From a phage: a stretch of DNA of 64,000 nt. Each line of letters starts with the position of its first letter. Position 1 is the first letter of the stretch. The translations under genes were made by a program, and so were the position numbers. The stretch is from sequence record PZ386965.1. One strand, given 5' to 3'. The notes under the pieces were generated by a model, which was given only the letters and a program-made list of their open reading frames with translations, did no database searches and was not told where the DNA came from. This document shows, one piece after another, positions 31,932-42,201 of the stretch.

Positions 31932-32546
31932 CTACTTAACGAAATTAATTTCTACCGGATGAACAACAGGTTGAGCAGTGATATATTGAGTAATTGCTTT
32001 CATGACTAGAGCTTCAGAACCAGGATTTTTCTCAACGAATTCACGTGCTTGGTTATGGGCTTCAAGTTCACTTAGTAAACCACTTCGTTGGCATCCACGG
32101 TCTTGAGTACCCTGTTCAGATAAAAAGACGACGATGTATTTTTCATCGTCATACGGTTTAGACGGTTGAGCAAATGTTCCTTTACTTCCAAAAGGAGAGT
32201 TATGACGCCACATCACGCCGTGAGGAGTTTCAACCTTCGTATATTCGTGCGGGCCATTTTTCTTAATTTCTTGATGTGGAACTTCGTAGACCTTAGGGTT
32301 AGGACATTCAATAAAATGCTCATCTAAATCAGTCGAGAATATTAAAGTGAAACAATTACTGAATTTACCGACACCTGCCTGATAAATTTTACCTTCAGAA
32401 GTTCTAATTTCACAAACCGAGCCGGCATCAGTAACTTCTAAAACTTCAAAAGGCTCGATAAGGTCATATGAGAACATGTTTTTAAGGCGTGGAGTAATAT
32501 CCCCATTTTTAAAATTCATTTTATAAAAAGTATTAACTTTAAACAT
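31932..32546 (-). CDS. hypothetical protein (204 aa)
   Basis: ATG with GAGG RBS; no motif recognised. Confidence 0.6.
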   Translation of the reverse strand: MFKVNTFYKMNFKNGDITPRLKNMFSYDLIEPFEVLEVTDAGSVCEIRTSEGKIYQAGVGKFSNCFTLIFSTDLDEHFIECPNPKVYEVPHQEIKKNGPHEYTKVETPHGVMWRHNSPFGSKGTFAQPSKPYDDEKYIVVFLSEQGTQDRGCQRSGLLSELEAHNQAREFVEKNPGSEALVMKAITQYITAQPVVHPVEINFVK

Positions 32547-32581
32547 AATTTCCTCAGTGGGAGCTTCGGCTCCCAGTTAAA

Positions 32582-32947
32582 TTAGATATCGAATTCGTTA
32601 AGAACTACATCAAAGATTGCTTCGAGATGTTCAGGTTTAGCTCGGTTACTCAAGATATGACGAATCCAAGTTTTAACCAGAAGTTTACGATTAACACCAT
32701 TCCAGCAAGGATGAGTACCTAAATCGCGCTGACGGAAATCATCATCTAATGCAATTTTAAAATTTGAACCTTCCATCGTGATTGAAACCGTGATGCCATT
32801 TTCAAATCGCATATAAACGTAATTAGGAGTCATGCACTGTTCGATTTCACAAACTGTACCGTTTTCGTGTTTCCATAAGCAAATAACTTCAGAAGAACCA
32901 GCAATACCGTTAGAAACATATTTACGTTCGAAGTTGATGTAGTTCAT
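32582..32947 (-). CDS. hypothetical protein (121 aa)
   Basis: ATG start; own early promoter upstream. Confidence 0.6.
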   Translation of the reverse strand: MNYINFERKYVSNGIAGSSEVICLWKHENGTVCEIEQCMTPNYVYMRFENGITVSITMEGSNFKIALDDDFRQRDLGTHPCWNGVNRKLLVKTWIRHILSNRAKPEHLEAIFDVVLNEFDI

Positions 32948-32988
32948 TTTATTCTCCAGATGTTTAAGTTGTTTGTTGGTACAGGTCT

Positions 32989-33017
32989 ATAATAACATAA
33001 CCTGTACCAAAGTAAAC
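32989..33017 (-). promoter_or_regulatory. T4-type early promoter
   Basis: GTTTAC, 17-nt spacer, TATTAT; inverted repeat TTGGTACAGGT/ACCTGTACCAA spans the element. Confidence 0.55.
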
Positions 33018-33021
33018 ATTT

Positions 33022-33393
33022 TTATTTGATTTTTGTCCACTTAGCTGAATCAATAACACCTTTTGCTTTAATCTTCTCAATTAATGACTCTGCGCGATTT
33101 CTGGCATTTTCGTACCATACAACATCTTCAGAGTAACCAGTTTCTTCATCTTCGTAAGTTTTAGAACGAATACAGCCATAAACTGTAGAATTCAGGCGGT
33201 AAATTTCACCAGTGAAAAAGTTTTCGATTTCGATATGATAACAAAAATCGTCTGAAGGGCCATCAGGAGTTGTACAATAAACCACATCACCTTGAACTGA
33301 ACGAACCATCCACTGTAACTCGTTAACAACTTGAGATTTATATCCATCATGGTCACGGCATTTAATTGTAGCATTTAAATTGATAGTGTTCAT
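33022..33393 (-). CDS. hypothetical protein (123 aa)
   Basis: Own early promoter upstream, preceded by a terminator. Confidence 0.6.
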   Translation of the reverse strand: MNTINLNATIKCRDHDGYKSQVVNELQWMVRSVQGDVVYCTTPDGPSDDFCYHIEIENFFTGEIYRLNSTVYGCIRSKTYEDEETGYSEDVVWYENARNRAESLIEKIKAKGVIDSAKWTKIK

Positions 33394-33435
33394 TTTATTC
33401 TCCGGTTGTTTTATTGATTAGGTGGTACAAGTCTA

Positions 33436-33464
33436 TAGTAACACATCCTACAGGAGAGTAAACA
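33436..33464 (-). promoter_or_regulatory. T4-type early promoter
   Basis: GTTTAC, 17-nt spacer, TACTAT. Confidence 0.55.
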
Positions 33465-33492
33465 TCTTTTTAAACTTTTTCTGCCCTAAACG

Positions 33493-33517
33493 CACAAAAG
33501 GGAGACCGAAGTCTCCC
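33493..33517 (-). terminator. terminator downstream of the small basic ORF
   Basis: GGGAGAC-UUCG-GUCUCCC then a U-run on the minus transcript. Confidence 0.7.
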
Positions 33518-33522
33518 TAAAA

Positions 33523-33702
33523 TTATGCAACAACCTTTCCAAAACGAGAAGCATCATCTCGAAGAACTGCACGTGCTCTGCGCATGATCTTCTCAACTGT
33601 TTGATTAATACGAGAGTTCGACCCACGCTTGTATCCAGCGCGTTTAGAGGTACCATCAACTTTCTTTTCAACTGCTTTCTTTGCTTTAGCTTGTTTTGCC
33701 AT
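33523..33702 (-). CDS. small highly basic protein (59 aa)
   Basis: Internal ATG gives MAKQAKAKKAVEKK..., Lys/Arg-rich; UUCG terminator directly downstream. Confidence 0.5.
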   Translation of the reverse strand: MAKQAKAKKAVEKKVDGTSKRAGYKRGSNSRINQTVEKIMRRARAVLRDDASRFGKVVA

Positions 33703-33999
33703 TATAAATTCTCTTTTAAATGAAAATGCAGGACTTATTGGCATTGCCTGCGCAAGCCCTCAAGGGGAACATAGGTTTTGGATATTTAACGACAGGATAA
33801 CCATAAACCTCGTCATCATACCAACCACGACTTAGACAGATAACCTTTTTCTGACGCGTGATAGTACAAAATACATTCAAGAGGTACACCGTAAAACTGC
33901 CGGGGTCTTAAAACTATAATGATTCGCAAATCATTAATCATACAGTTCGACGGCTCCTCGATTTTCTAGCCGCACTTAAGGTAGCGAATCACCTAAAAC

Positions 34000-34248
34000 T
34001 TATTTAAGGGTAATAACAAAATGACGTACTGCTTTACGAGCTGCAGAAGCCAAAGGCTTAGCATATTTCAGTTCATCTTTTGCTTCCAGTTCAGAGGCCA
34101 AAGCTGCCTGTACCGGGTTCAGATGTTTGAAATAACGCAGGATTTCCAGTGCTTCGGCTTCAACATCAATCGACGCGCCGTAGTTTTCGTGACCGTTATT
34201 CCATGCGTTTCGTTGCAGTTCAAGAGCGTGTTGTAATTGTTTAATCAT
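34000..34248 (-). CDS. rIII: rIII lysis inhibition accessory protein
   Basis: 82 aa, near-identical to T4 rIII. Confidence 0.95.
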   Translation of the reverse strand: MIKQLQHALELQRNAWNNGHENYGASIDVEAEALEILRYFKHLNPVQAALASELEAKDELKYAKPLASAARKAVRHFVITLK

Positions 34249-34364
34249 TTTAAATTCTCAATTCGAGATAATATTTAGTAGCCACGTTCGTCTGAATTTC
34301 ACCTTCTTTCGACAAGTCTCTCAGTTGTAGGCTACCGCTTAGAAGAGTGTTCTCTTCATATAGT

Positions 34365-34372
34365 TATTTATA
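34365..34372 (-). promoter_or_regulatory. late promoter upstream of rIII
   Basis: TATAAATA on the minus strand between gene 31 and rIII. Confidence 0.5.
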
Positions 34373-34705
34373 TCACTTATAAAGACACGGAATAGCTTTA
34401 TAGTGGCATGTTACGAATTTCTGTTTAATTTCTTTAGGTTGTTTAAGTCCCAAAGCCACAAATGGATGTGGAACATTTCGAATTTGTCCAACTGGTAGTG
34501 AAGTCAAATCACCGACTTCAACAAAACCTTCAGGAACATCAGGACCTACAGAATGAACTACACATAGTTCAGGAACTTCACCTTGAACACGTTTACCAAT
34601 CACAAGTCCTGATTCGGTAACTTCTTCATCACCTGCTTGAGCGGGTTCAGAAACCAGAATGACATATTCACCAACAGCACGAATTGGGAGTTGTACTTCA
34701 GACAT
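34373..34705 (-). CDS. 31: gp31 co-chaperonin (GroES-like)
   Basis: 110 aa, T4 gp31 size and position. Confidence 0.9.
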   Translation of the reverse strand: MSEVQLPIRAVGEYVILVSEPAQAGDEEVTESGLVIGKRVQGEVPELCVVHSVGPDVPEGFVEVGDLTSLPVGQIRNVPHPFVALGLKQPKEIKQKFVTCHYKAIPCLYK

Positions 34706-34735
34706 CTTATTTCCTTGTTGTTTGACGATAGATTA

Positions 34736-34762
34736 ATAATACCATACTATTCGTAAAGCATA
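34736..34762 (-). promoter_or_regulatory. MotA-dependent middle promoter for gene 31
   Basis: Minus strand TATGCTTTA MotA box, 12-nt spacer, TATTAT. Confidence 0.5.
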
Positions 34763-35059
34763 TTACATAAGAAGCAAACGTTCTACCGGAGTACCATCAA
34801 CAGAAATTACTTTATCAAGGCGGAAAGAACGCCACTGACCTAACTCGGTATCGAATGCTCGAACTGATTCACGAGGTTCATAACGAACTTCTGTTGCCGG
34901 ATTGTTATTTTCATATTTGACTTCAAGTTCATCGCGCGAAGCAAACATAGTGCGTACCTCGCCGTTAGCCTTTTCAAATACAACACAATGAACGCCTACA
35001 GACAGAATAGTTTTAATACGTTCACGAAGAACCATAGTTTCTTGTTCAGTTAAAATCAT
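34763..35059 (-). CDS. hypothetical protein (31.1/31.2 position)
   Basis: Track ORF begins at GTG; internal ATG gives 98 aa. Confidence 0.6.
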   Translation of the reverse strand: MILTEQETMVLRERIKTILSVGVHCVVFEKANGEVRTMFASRDELEVKYENNNPATEVRYEPRESVRAFDTELGQWRSFRLDKVISVDGTPVERLLLM

Positions 35060-35060
35060 A

Positions 35061-35642
35061 TTATTCACCACAAAAGTTTCGGATTTGTTCCCAATTCAGA
35101 GAACGAAGATTATTACGAGAGTACTGAATTACTTCAATACCGGCTTGTTTTAGAATGTCTGCCCAATTTTCAGGAGATCTGTCATATAATTCTGCATATA
35201 CAACCTTTTTAATACCTGACTGTGTAATAGCTTTAGTGCAATCAGGACATGGAGAAAGCGTCGTATACAACGTAGCACCTTCAATAGAATTACCTTTACG
35301 AGCTGCAAACAAAATTGCATTCAATTCCGCATGGATTTCATTATTAGCAGACCATGCACTATGAGCGGCCCGATGTTCTTTAGCCAAAACAAAATTATCC
35401 ACCCGTCCAAATGCTGTAGTGCCTTCTTTATGCCCAGCAACGATGACCGGGCTTGGTTTATTCTTCAACCAACCGTTTTCGGATGCATGTTCGCAACAGT
35501 TTGTACCACCTGAAGGAGAGCCATTATAACCTGTAGAAATAATGCGTCCATCTTTTTCAATGACGGCACCAACTTTCCATGAACAACATTTTGATTCTTG
35601 AGAAATCAGATAAGCAATCTGAAGATATGTGCTAGCTTTCAT
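35061..35642 (-). CDS. cd: dCMP deaminase
   Basis: 193 aa, same as T4 Cd; HAE and PCxxC zinc-binding deaminase motifs. Confidence 0.93.
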   Translation of the reverse strand: MKASTYLQIAYLISQESKCCSWKVGAVIEKDGRIISTGYNGSPSGGTNCCEHASENGWLKNKPSPVIVAGHKEGTTAFGRVDNFVLAKEHRAAHSAWSANNEIHAELNAILFAARKGNSIEGATLYTTLSPCPDCTKAITQSGIKKVVYAELYDRSPENWADILKQAGIEVIQYSRNNLRSLNWEQIRNFCGE

Positions 35643-36634
35643 TATTGAACCTTATTAATATGAGTTAACAGCTCTTTAGTTTGTTCCCAACTGATGCACG
35701 CATCGGTAACGGAAACGCCATAGGACATATTATCAGAAATTTTTTGATTTCCTTCATGTAGGAATGATTCTATCATAATTCCTTTGACCAAATCATTAGC
35801 TGCTAAATTTTTACCAATACCAATTTGATTGCTATAATGCCCAGCAGCGTTTGCATGGCTACAGTCAACCATTACATAATGATTCAGACCTACGGCCCTT
35901 GCTTTGTTAGAAGCTTCTTGAATATCAGAAGAATGATAGTTCGGGCCATTGGTCCCGCCACGCAATACGATATGCGTATTCTGATTACCTTCAGCTTCAA
36001 CAATGCCTACAGTACCATCGACGTCCATACCCATATACCGATGAGGCCAGGCGGCACTATACATCGCGTCTGTAGCTACTTTAATAGAACCATTGGTTGC
36101 GTTCTTGAAGCCTACGCACATCGGTAGACCTGAAGCAATTTCACGATGTGTCTGACTTTCAGTCGTACGGGCGCCAATAGCAACCCATGAGAAAATACCA
36201 GAAAGATACTTAATCGTGAATGGGTCTAATACTTCAGTTGCTAATGGAAGTCCCATACGTAGAAGTTTACGACACAATGTTCGTGCAACTATAAGACCGT
36301 GGTTCATATCAAAACTTCCGTCAAGATATGGATCATTTACAAGACCTTTCCAACCTACGGTAGTTCGAGGCTTTTCAAAATAAACGCGCATCACTAACAG
36401 AACATTAGGAAGACGAGTTTGAAGTTCAGCCAGACGTTTGCCGTATTCAACAGCAGCAATAGGGTCATGAATTGAACAAGGACCTACAACAATAAGTTTG
36501 CGTGGGTCTTCACCATTCATAATCGAATTAACTTGTTCGCGATGAGAAGCCACTTGTGATGCGTAAGCTTCCGACAAAGGAATAATCTCAGCCAGTTCTT
36601 TTGGAGAAATAAGTTTTCCGACGACAGGTAACAT
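35642..36634 (-). CDS. 3-deoxy-D-arabino-heptulosonate-7-phosphate (DAHP) synthase, AroG/AroF-type
   Basis: 330 aa; LIVVGPCSIHD, RVYFEKPRTTVGWKGL and WVAIGARTTESQ blocks align with E. coli AroG; N-terminus about 8 residues shorter than AroG; not present in T4. Confidence 0.85.
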   Translation of the reverse strand: MLPVVGKLISPKELAEIIPLSEAYASQVASHREQVNSIMNGEDPRKLIVVGPCSIHDPIAAVEYGKRLAELQTRLPNVLLVMRVYFEKPRTTVGWKGLVNDPYLDGSFDMNHGLIVARTLCRKLLRMGLPLATEVLDPFTIKYLSGIFSWVAIGARTTESQTHREIASGLPMCVGFKNATNGSIKVATDAMYSAAWPHRYMGMDVDGTVGIVEAEGNQNTHIVLRGGTNGPNYHSSDIQEASNKARAVGLNHYVMVDCSHANAAGHYSNQIGIGKNLAANDLVKGIMIESFLHEGNQKISDNMSYGVSVTDACISWEQTKELLTHINKVQ

Positions 36635-36754
36635 AACAATCCTTAGGAGATATAAACAGATTCTGATTCAACAATACCTTTAACCGGATTAGACAGGCTA
36701 AGTTGGTAGTGCTCAGATTTATGACCATTCTCGATAGTAATGAGATAGCTCTCG

Positions 36755-36991
36755 TTATAGTGTTCCATATACTCGAGTTGCTTCAACAAGACCATCACTG
36801 CCTAATTTAAGATTAGTAATTTGGTCACCATCTTTAGGATTTACAATTATGAGAAAAGAACGTGGAGATTCTTGAATAACTCGTAATGTTGCATCCTGGA
36901 AACGTTCAGATACTTTATTAATCAAAGTCTGAGCGAACTCTTTTACTTTAACATGAAATTCTTGAAGCGTGATAGGTTTTTCACTTAACAT
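36755..36991 (-). CDS. hypothetical protein (78 aa)
   Basis: ATG start; early promoter upstream. Confidence 0.5.
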   Translation of the reverse strand: MLSEKPITLQEFHVKVKEFAQTLINKVSERFQDATLRVIQESPRSFLIIVNPKDGDQITNLKLGSDGLVEATRVYGTL

Positions 36992-37020
36992 TCTGTTTTC
37001 CTCATTGTGTTGGTAGAGTC

Positions 37021-37050
37021 ATAGTATCACAACTCCACCATGTTGTAAAC
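37021..37050 (-). promoter_or_regulatory. T4-type early promoter for the 78-aa ORF / DAHP synthase / cd unit
   Basis: GTTTAC, 18-nt spacer, TACTAT. Confidence 0.55.
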
Positions 37051-37052
37051 CA

Positions 37053-37328
37053 TTAAATTGCTTTGCATTCAATTTTTTGTGTACCGAAATTGATATCACA
37101 TTGGATAACTAAATCGCCGTCAAGATCAAATACCACTATGACGTGTGCAGACCCAGGGAGAAGAGTAATAGCAATAGAATCTACTTGGTCCGGGAGCAAA
37201 GCATTGAGTACATGAGTTAGTTGAGCATGAACTCTGAGTTCGGCTGCATTATCAAGCACTTCAAACATATTATTAGCAATAATCTGACTGAAGACTACCT
37301 TTACAATTTCAGAATAAGTTGGGAACAT
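37053..37328 (-). CDS. hypothetical protein (91 aa)
   Basis: ATG start. Confidence 0.5.
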   Translation of the reverse strand: MFPTYSEIVKVVFSQIIANNMFEVLDNAAELRVHAQLTHVLNALLPDQVDSIAITLLPGSAHVIVVFDLDGDLVIQCDINFGTQKIECKAI

Positions 37329-37335
37329 AATTACC

Positions 37336-37560
37336 TCAGTGTACAGTATTTACTTTAACTCGAACAACAAATCGCTCGGTCGGTTCACCTACAGGAACAA
37401 ACTCTACATGATATTCGCCTTTGTAACGAGTATTCAGATCATTACGAATTCCTGCGAGTTTGTTGATTAATGTAGGACTCATATTAAGTCCCACTAGTTT
37501 ACGAAGCATTTTGTATGCTTCATCTTCGATTTCATGATGTTTATCGTACATAGTTTTCAT
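37336..37560 (-). CDS. hypothetical protein (74 aa)
   Basis: ATG start. Confidence 0.5.
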   Translation of the reverse strand: MKTMYDKHHEIEDEAYKMLRKLVGLNMSPTLINKLAGIRNDLNTRYKGEYHVEFVPVGEPTERFVVRVKVNTVH

Positions 37561-37731
37561 TTAACCATTCAATTGCCTGGTCGACGTTATCAAATATACC
37601 GCCGTCCAACCATTCTTCATGTTCATAGTCCAGCACATCAATACCGAACCGTCCATTTACTAAAGGCCATACTACAAACAAATATTCTTTATGCCGTTCA
37701 ATGGCCTCGATCACTTCGTATAATCGTTTCA

Positions 37732-37732
<1 letters not shown>
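37541..37732 (-). CDS. hypothetical protein (63 aa)
   Basis: ATG start, directly downstream of pseT. Confidence 0.5.
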
Positions 37733-38818
<1,086 letters not shown>

Positions 38819-38819
<1 letters not shown>

Positions 38820-39118
38820 TATTTTATTCCTAAGAAAATTTCAAGAATACGAATGTTATGCTCGCGCCGGTCTTTATTAATTTCAGCAACGTTTTTATTA
38901 ATTGACGTACTTCTAACGTTTGAAGAAATAAATTTAATCATATGACTTTTGAGTTGTTGCAAATCCAACCCTTTTTCTTTAGCAGCTTTACGAAGAGCTT
39001 TACCTGCTTCATCTAGTGCCTTTGCTGCATCTTTGTCATAATTGCCAAGTGACATTCCACGACAGATATCAATATACTCATCAGACCGTTTGATGTAATT
39101 CTCTAGTAATGTTTTCAT
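38819..39118 (-). CDS. hypothetical protein (99 aa)
   Basis: ATG start; early promoter upstream. Confidence 0.55.
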
Positions 39119-39146
39119 TTAGATTTCCTCAATTATCCATAGGAGC

Positions 39147-39176
39147 ATTATACTCTGCTCCCGAGAGTTTGTAAAC
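39147..39176 (-). promoter_or_regulatory. T4-type early promoter
   Basis: GTTTAC, 18-nt spacer, TATAAT. Confidence 0.5.
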
Positions 39177-39400
39177 TATTTTACTAAAGATTCGATATAC
39201 TCATGAAGAGCTTTAGTCGCTACTGCCCACTTGTTCTGATATTCATTTTTCAGATTAGCACGAGACTGAACTAACAAGCGGTCATTAGTCGGAGGCAAAG
39301 ATTCTAATCGTTGAATCTGGCGCCCATAAATCATAGCCGCCATTTCAGATTCATAGATAAGCCCTTTAATGTATTCGTGCTGTTCTTTAGTCATTGGCAT
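39176..39400 (-). CDS. hypothetical protein (74 aa)
   Basis: ATG start. Confidence 0.5.
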   Translation of the reverse strand: MPMTKEQHEYIKGLIYESEMAAMIYGRQIQRLESLPPTNDRLLVQSRANLKNEYQNKWAVATKALHEYIESLVK

Positions 39401-39681
39401 TTTTCCTCTTTTAAACCACTACGATAATAACATAACATAGTCTTCTGGTCATGTACATATCTTTTTAAGTCGTTTAACCAGATACGAAATTCTTGAGAGT
39501 CTTCAAATGGCATTCCAACCCATGGATTACCATCAATAACCTTTACTTGCCATTTCTGGTTATATTCAATAATAGATTCAGGCCATGGTGGATGTAAAGT
39601 TTCTTTAGGGCTTAAGGGCACATCCTGGGCACATCCAGCCAAAATGCCAATAGATAATACAACTGCGGTTAATTTAATCAT
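39391..39681 (-). CDS. predicted lipoprotein (96 aa)
   Basis: N-terminal signal peptide with LAGC lipobox. Confidence 0.6.
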   Translation of the reverse strand: MIKLTAVVLSIGILAGCAQDVPLSPKETLHPPWPESIIEYNQKWQVKVIDGNPWVGMPFEDSQEFRIWLNDLKRYVHDQKTMLCYYRSGLKEEKCQ

Positions 39682-40034
39682 TCTGAGAGCTTCCTGAGGT
39701 CTTCTGCAAAGGAATCGAAGGACCTGTTGATTTGTTTTTCGACCAATCCTGGCTTACTTGCCACCACGTTCTTCTTCTTCGAATCCTTACGGAGCTTTTC
39801 ATTTTCGGCCTTAAGTTGGTCAACTAAAACACGGTTCTTATAAGTCATTTCTTCGATTGACTGATATTGAATCTTGAAGTCGTCTAATACTTTAGCATTG
39901 TTTTTAGCAGTCTCTTTAACAGAAGCCAATTCAGTATTCAGCGAATCGACTTTATGGTTCAGAAATGCTATTGTTACAGTAGCAACAACCGCAAAAGCTG
40001 CCACTACAATATATGATGCATTTACTTTAAGCAT
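39678..40034 (-). CDS. predicted membrane-anchored coiled-coil protein (118 aa)
   Basis: N-terminal hydrophobic helix followed by a charged coiled-coil region. Confidence 0.55.
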   Translation of the reverse strand: MLKVNASYIVVAAFAVVATVTIAFLNHKVDSLNTELASVKETAKNNAKVLDDFKIQYQSIEEMTYKNRVLVDQLKAENEKLRKDSKKKNVVASKPGLVEKQINRSFDSFAEDLRKLSE

Positions 40035-40522
40035 GTTTGAATAATCTCAATGATTTCGTCTCGGGATAATCCATTGATAAGAACTGTTTTAGGCCCATCA
40101 GTTTGGATTTTGTAGGTCTCAAACATTACACACAACTCTTCTGCTGTATGATATGGACTTGAGATTCCGAGACGGTTGAATTTGTCGGTAAGAGGGTCGC
40201 AAATGATGTAGAATTTTATACCTGCGATATGTACGTTGGGTTGACTAATATTAACGAACACATTAGCGTCATATTTAGTCAAATTGTTTTGAAGAAATTC
40301 TACCATAGCATTAACTGCTTCCGGCATTGCTTCGCGTTTCTCTTCAGCGTATCGGGTGGAATATTCCTTTTGCTTTAACTTCTTTTTAGCATTTTTCGCT
40401 AGAGTAGTACGAAGGTCCGTAAGATAACCAACTGGACGGCCTTTCTTAAAGACTCGGATTCCATCTGTAGAATCACCAAATGCTGCCACAACCATATCGT
40501 TAGTAATCAATTGCATATTCAT
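40022..40522 (-). CDS. alc: Alc (transcription terminator on dC-DNA) candidate
   Basis: 166 aa; size and position match T4 alc next to rnlA; early promoter upstream. Confidence 0.7.
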   Translation of the reverse strand: MNMQLITNDMVVAAFGDSTDGIRVFKKGRPVGYLTDLRTTLAKNAKKKLKQKEYSTRYAEEKREAMPEAVNAMVEFLQNNLTKYDANVFVNISQPNVHIAGIKFYIICDPLTDKFNRLGISSPYHTAEELCVMFETYKIQTDGPKTVLINGLSRDEIIEIIQTCLK

Positions 40523-40543
40523 AATTTTCTCCTCGTGTTGTTG

Positions 40544-40572
40544 ATAAAAACCATAGTAACACCATCCTTGGT
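40544..40572 (-). promoter_or_regulatory. T4-type early promoter upstream of alc
   Basis: GTTTAC, 17-nt spacer, TACTAT. Confidence 0.6.
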
Positions 40573-40584
40573 GTTTGTAAACCG

Positions 40585-41718
<1,134 letters not shown>

Positions 41719-41735
41719 TCAGTTAGTTTTTTTAA

Positions 41736-41765
41736 ATTGTACCACAATCCTTGTGGTATGTAAAC
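41736..41765 (-). promoter_or_regulatory. T4-type early promoter upstream of rnlA
   Basis: GTTTAC, 18-nt spacer, TACAAT. Confidence 0.5.
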
Positions 41766-42175
41766 TACTTTTTCTTATGTTGGATATTCCAAGGCGGGTT
41801 GAACTTTTTGATAAAAAGTGGTTCTTCAAGGTCCATTGTTGCGATGGTCATTGAACCAAGTTCGTTGGTGACTGAAAGGTCAAAACATTGGCGGGCCCAG
41901 AATTCAACCTTTTTGCCTTGCATTAAGGCATCCAAAATCATAAGTGATTTTCTTGAATCTGAAGTCTGGTCTTTTCGATTTATGGCTGTTCGATAATAGT
42001 TAATGCGTTTCTTTAAATTCTTGGTTTTACCAATATATACAAGTTCGTCATCTATAGCAATAGCGTATATGACATTTTTCTTATTAGGGACATCAACTGT
42101 TTTAATTGTTGCATCTTCTAATAGCTCCAATTCTGTATATTTAATAAAGGAATATTCGGCGGCAATATCTTTCAT
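41765..42175 (-). CDS. denA: endonuclease II
   Basis: 136 aa, same size as T4 EndoII; GIY-YIG-like core. Confidence 0.88.
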   Translation of the reverse strand: MKDIAAEYSFIKYTELELLEDATIKTVDVPNKKNVIYAIAIDDELVYIGKTKNLKKRINYYRTAINRKDQTSDSRKSLMILDALMQGKKVEFWARQCFDLSVTNELGSMTIATMDLEEPLFIKKFNPPWNIQHKKK

Positions 42176-42199
42176 AATAAAGTGGGACCGAAGTCCCGT
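42176..42199 (-). terminator. terminator between nrdB and denA
   Basis: GGGAC-UUCG-GUCCC hairpin on the minus transcript. Confidence 0.6.
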
Positions 42200-42201
42200 C
42201 C

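Noticed and set aside
33629-33835. 68-aa plus-strand ORF in the rIII-proximal ORF-free region
   Set aside because: Opposite to the direction of all surrounding transcription, no RBS; the region is better treated as non-coding pending evidence.
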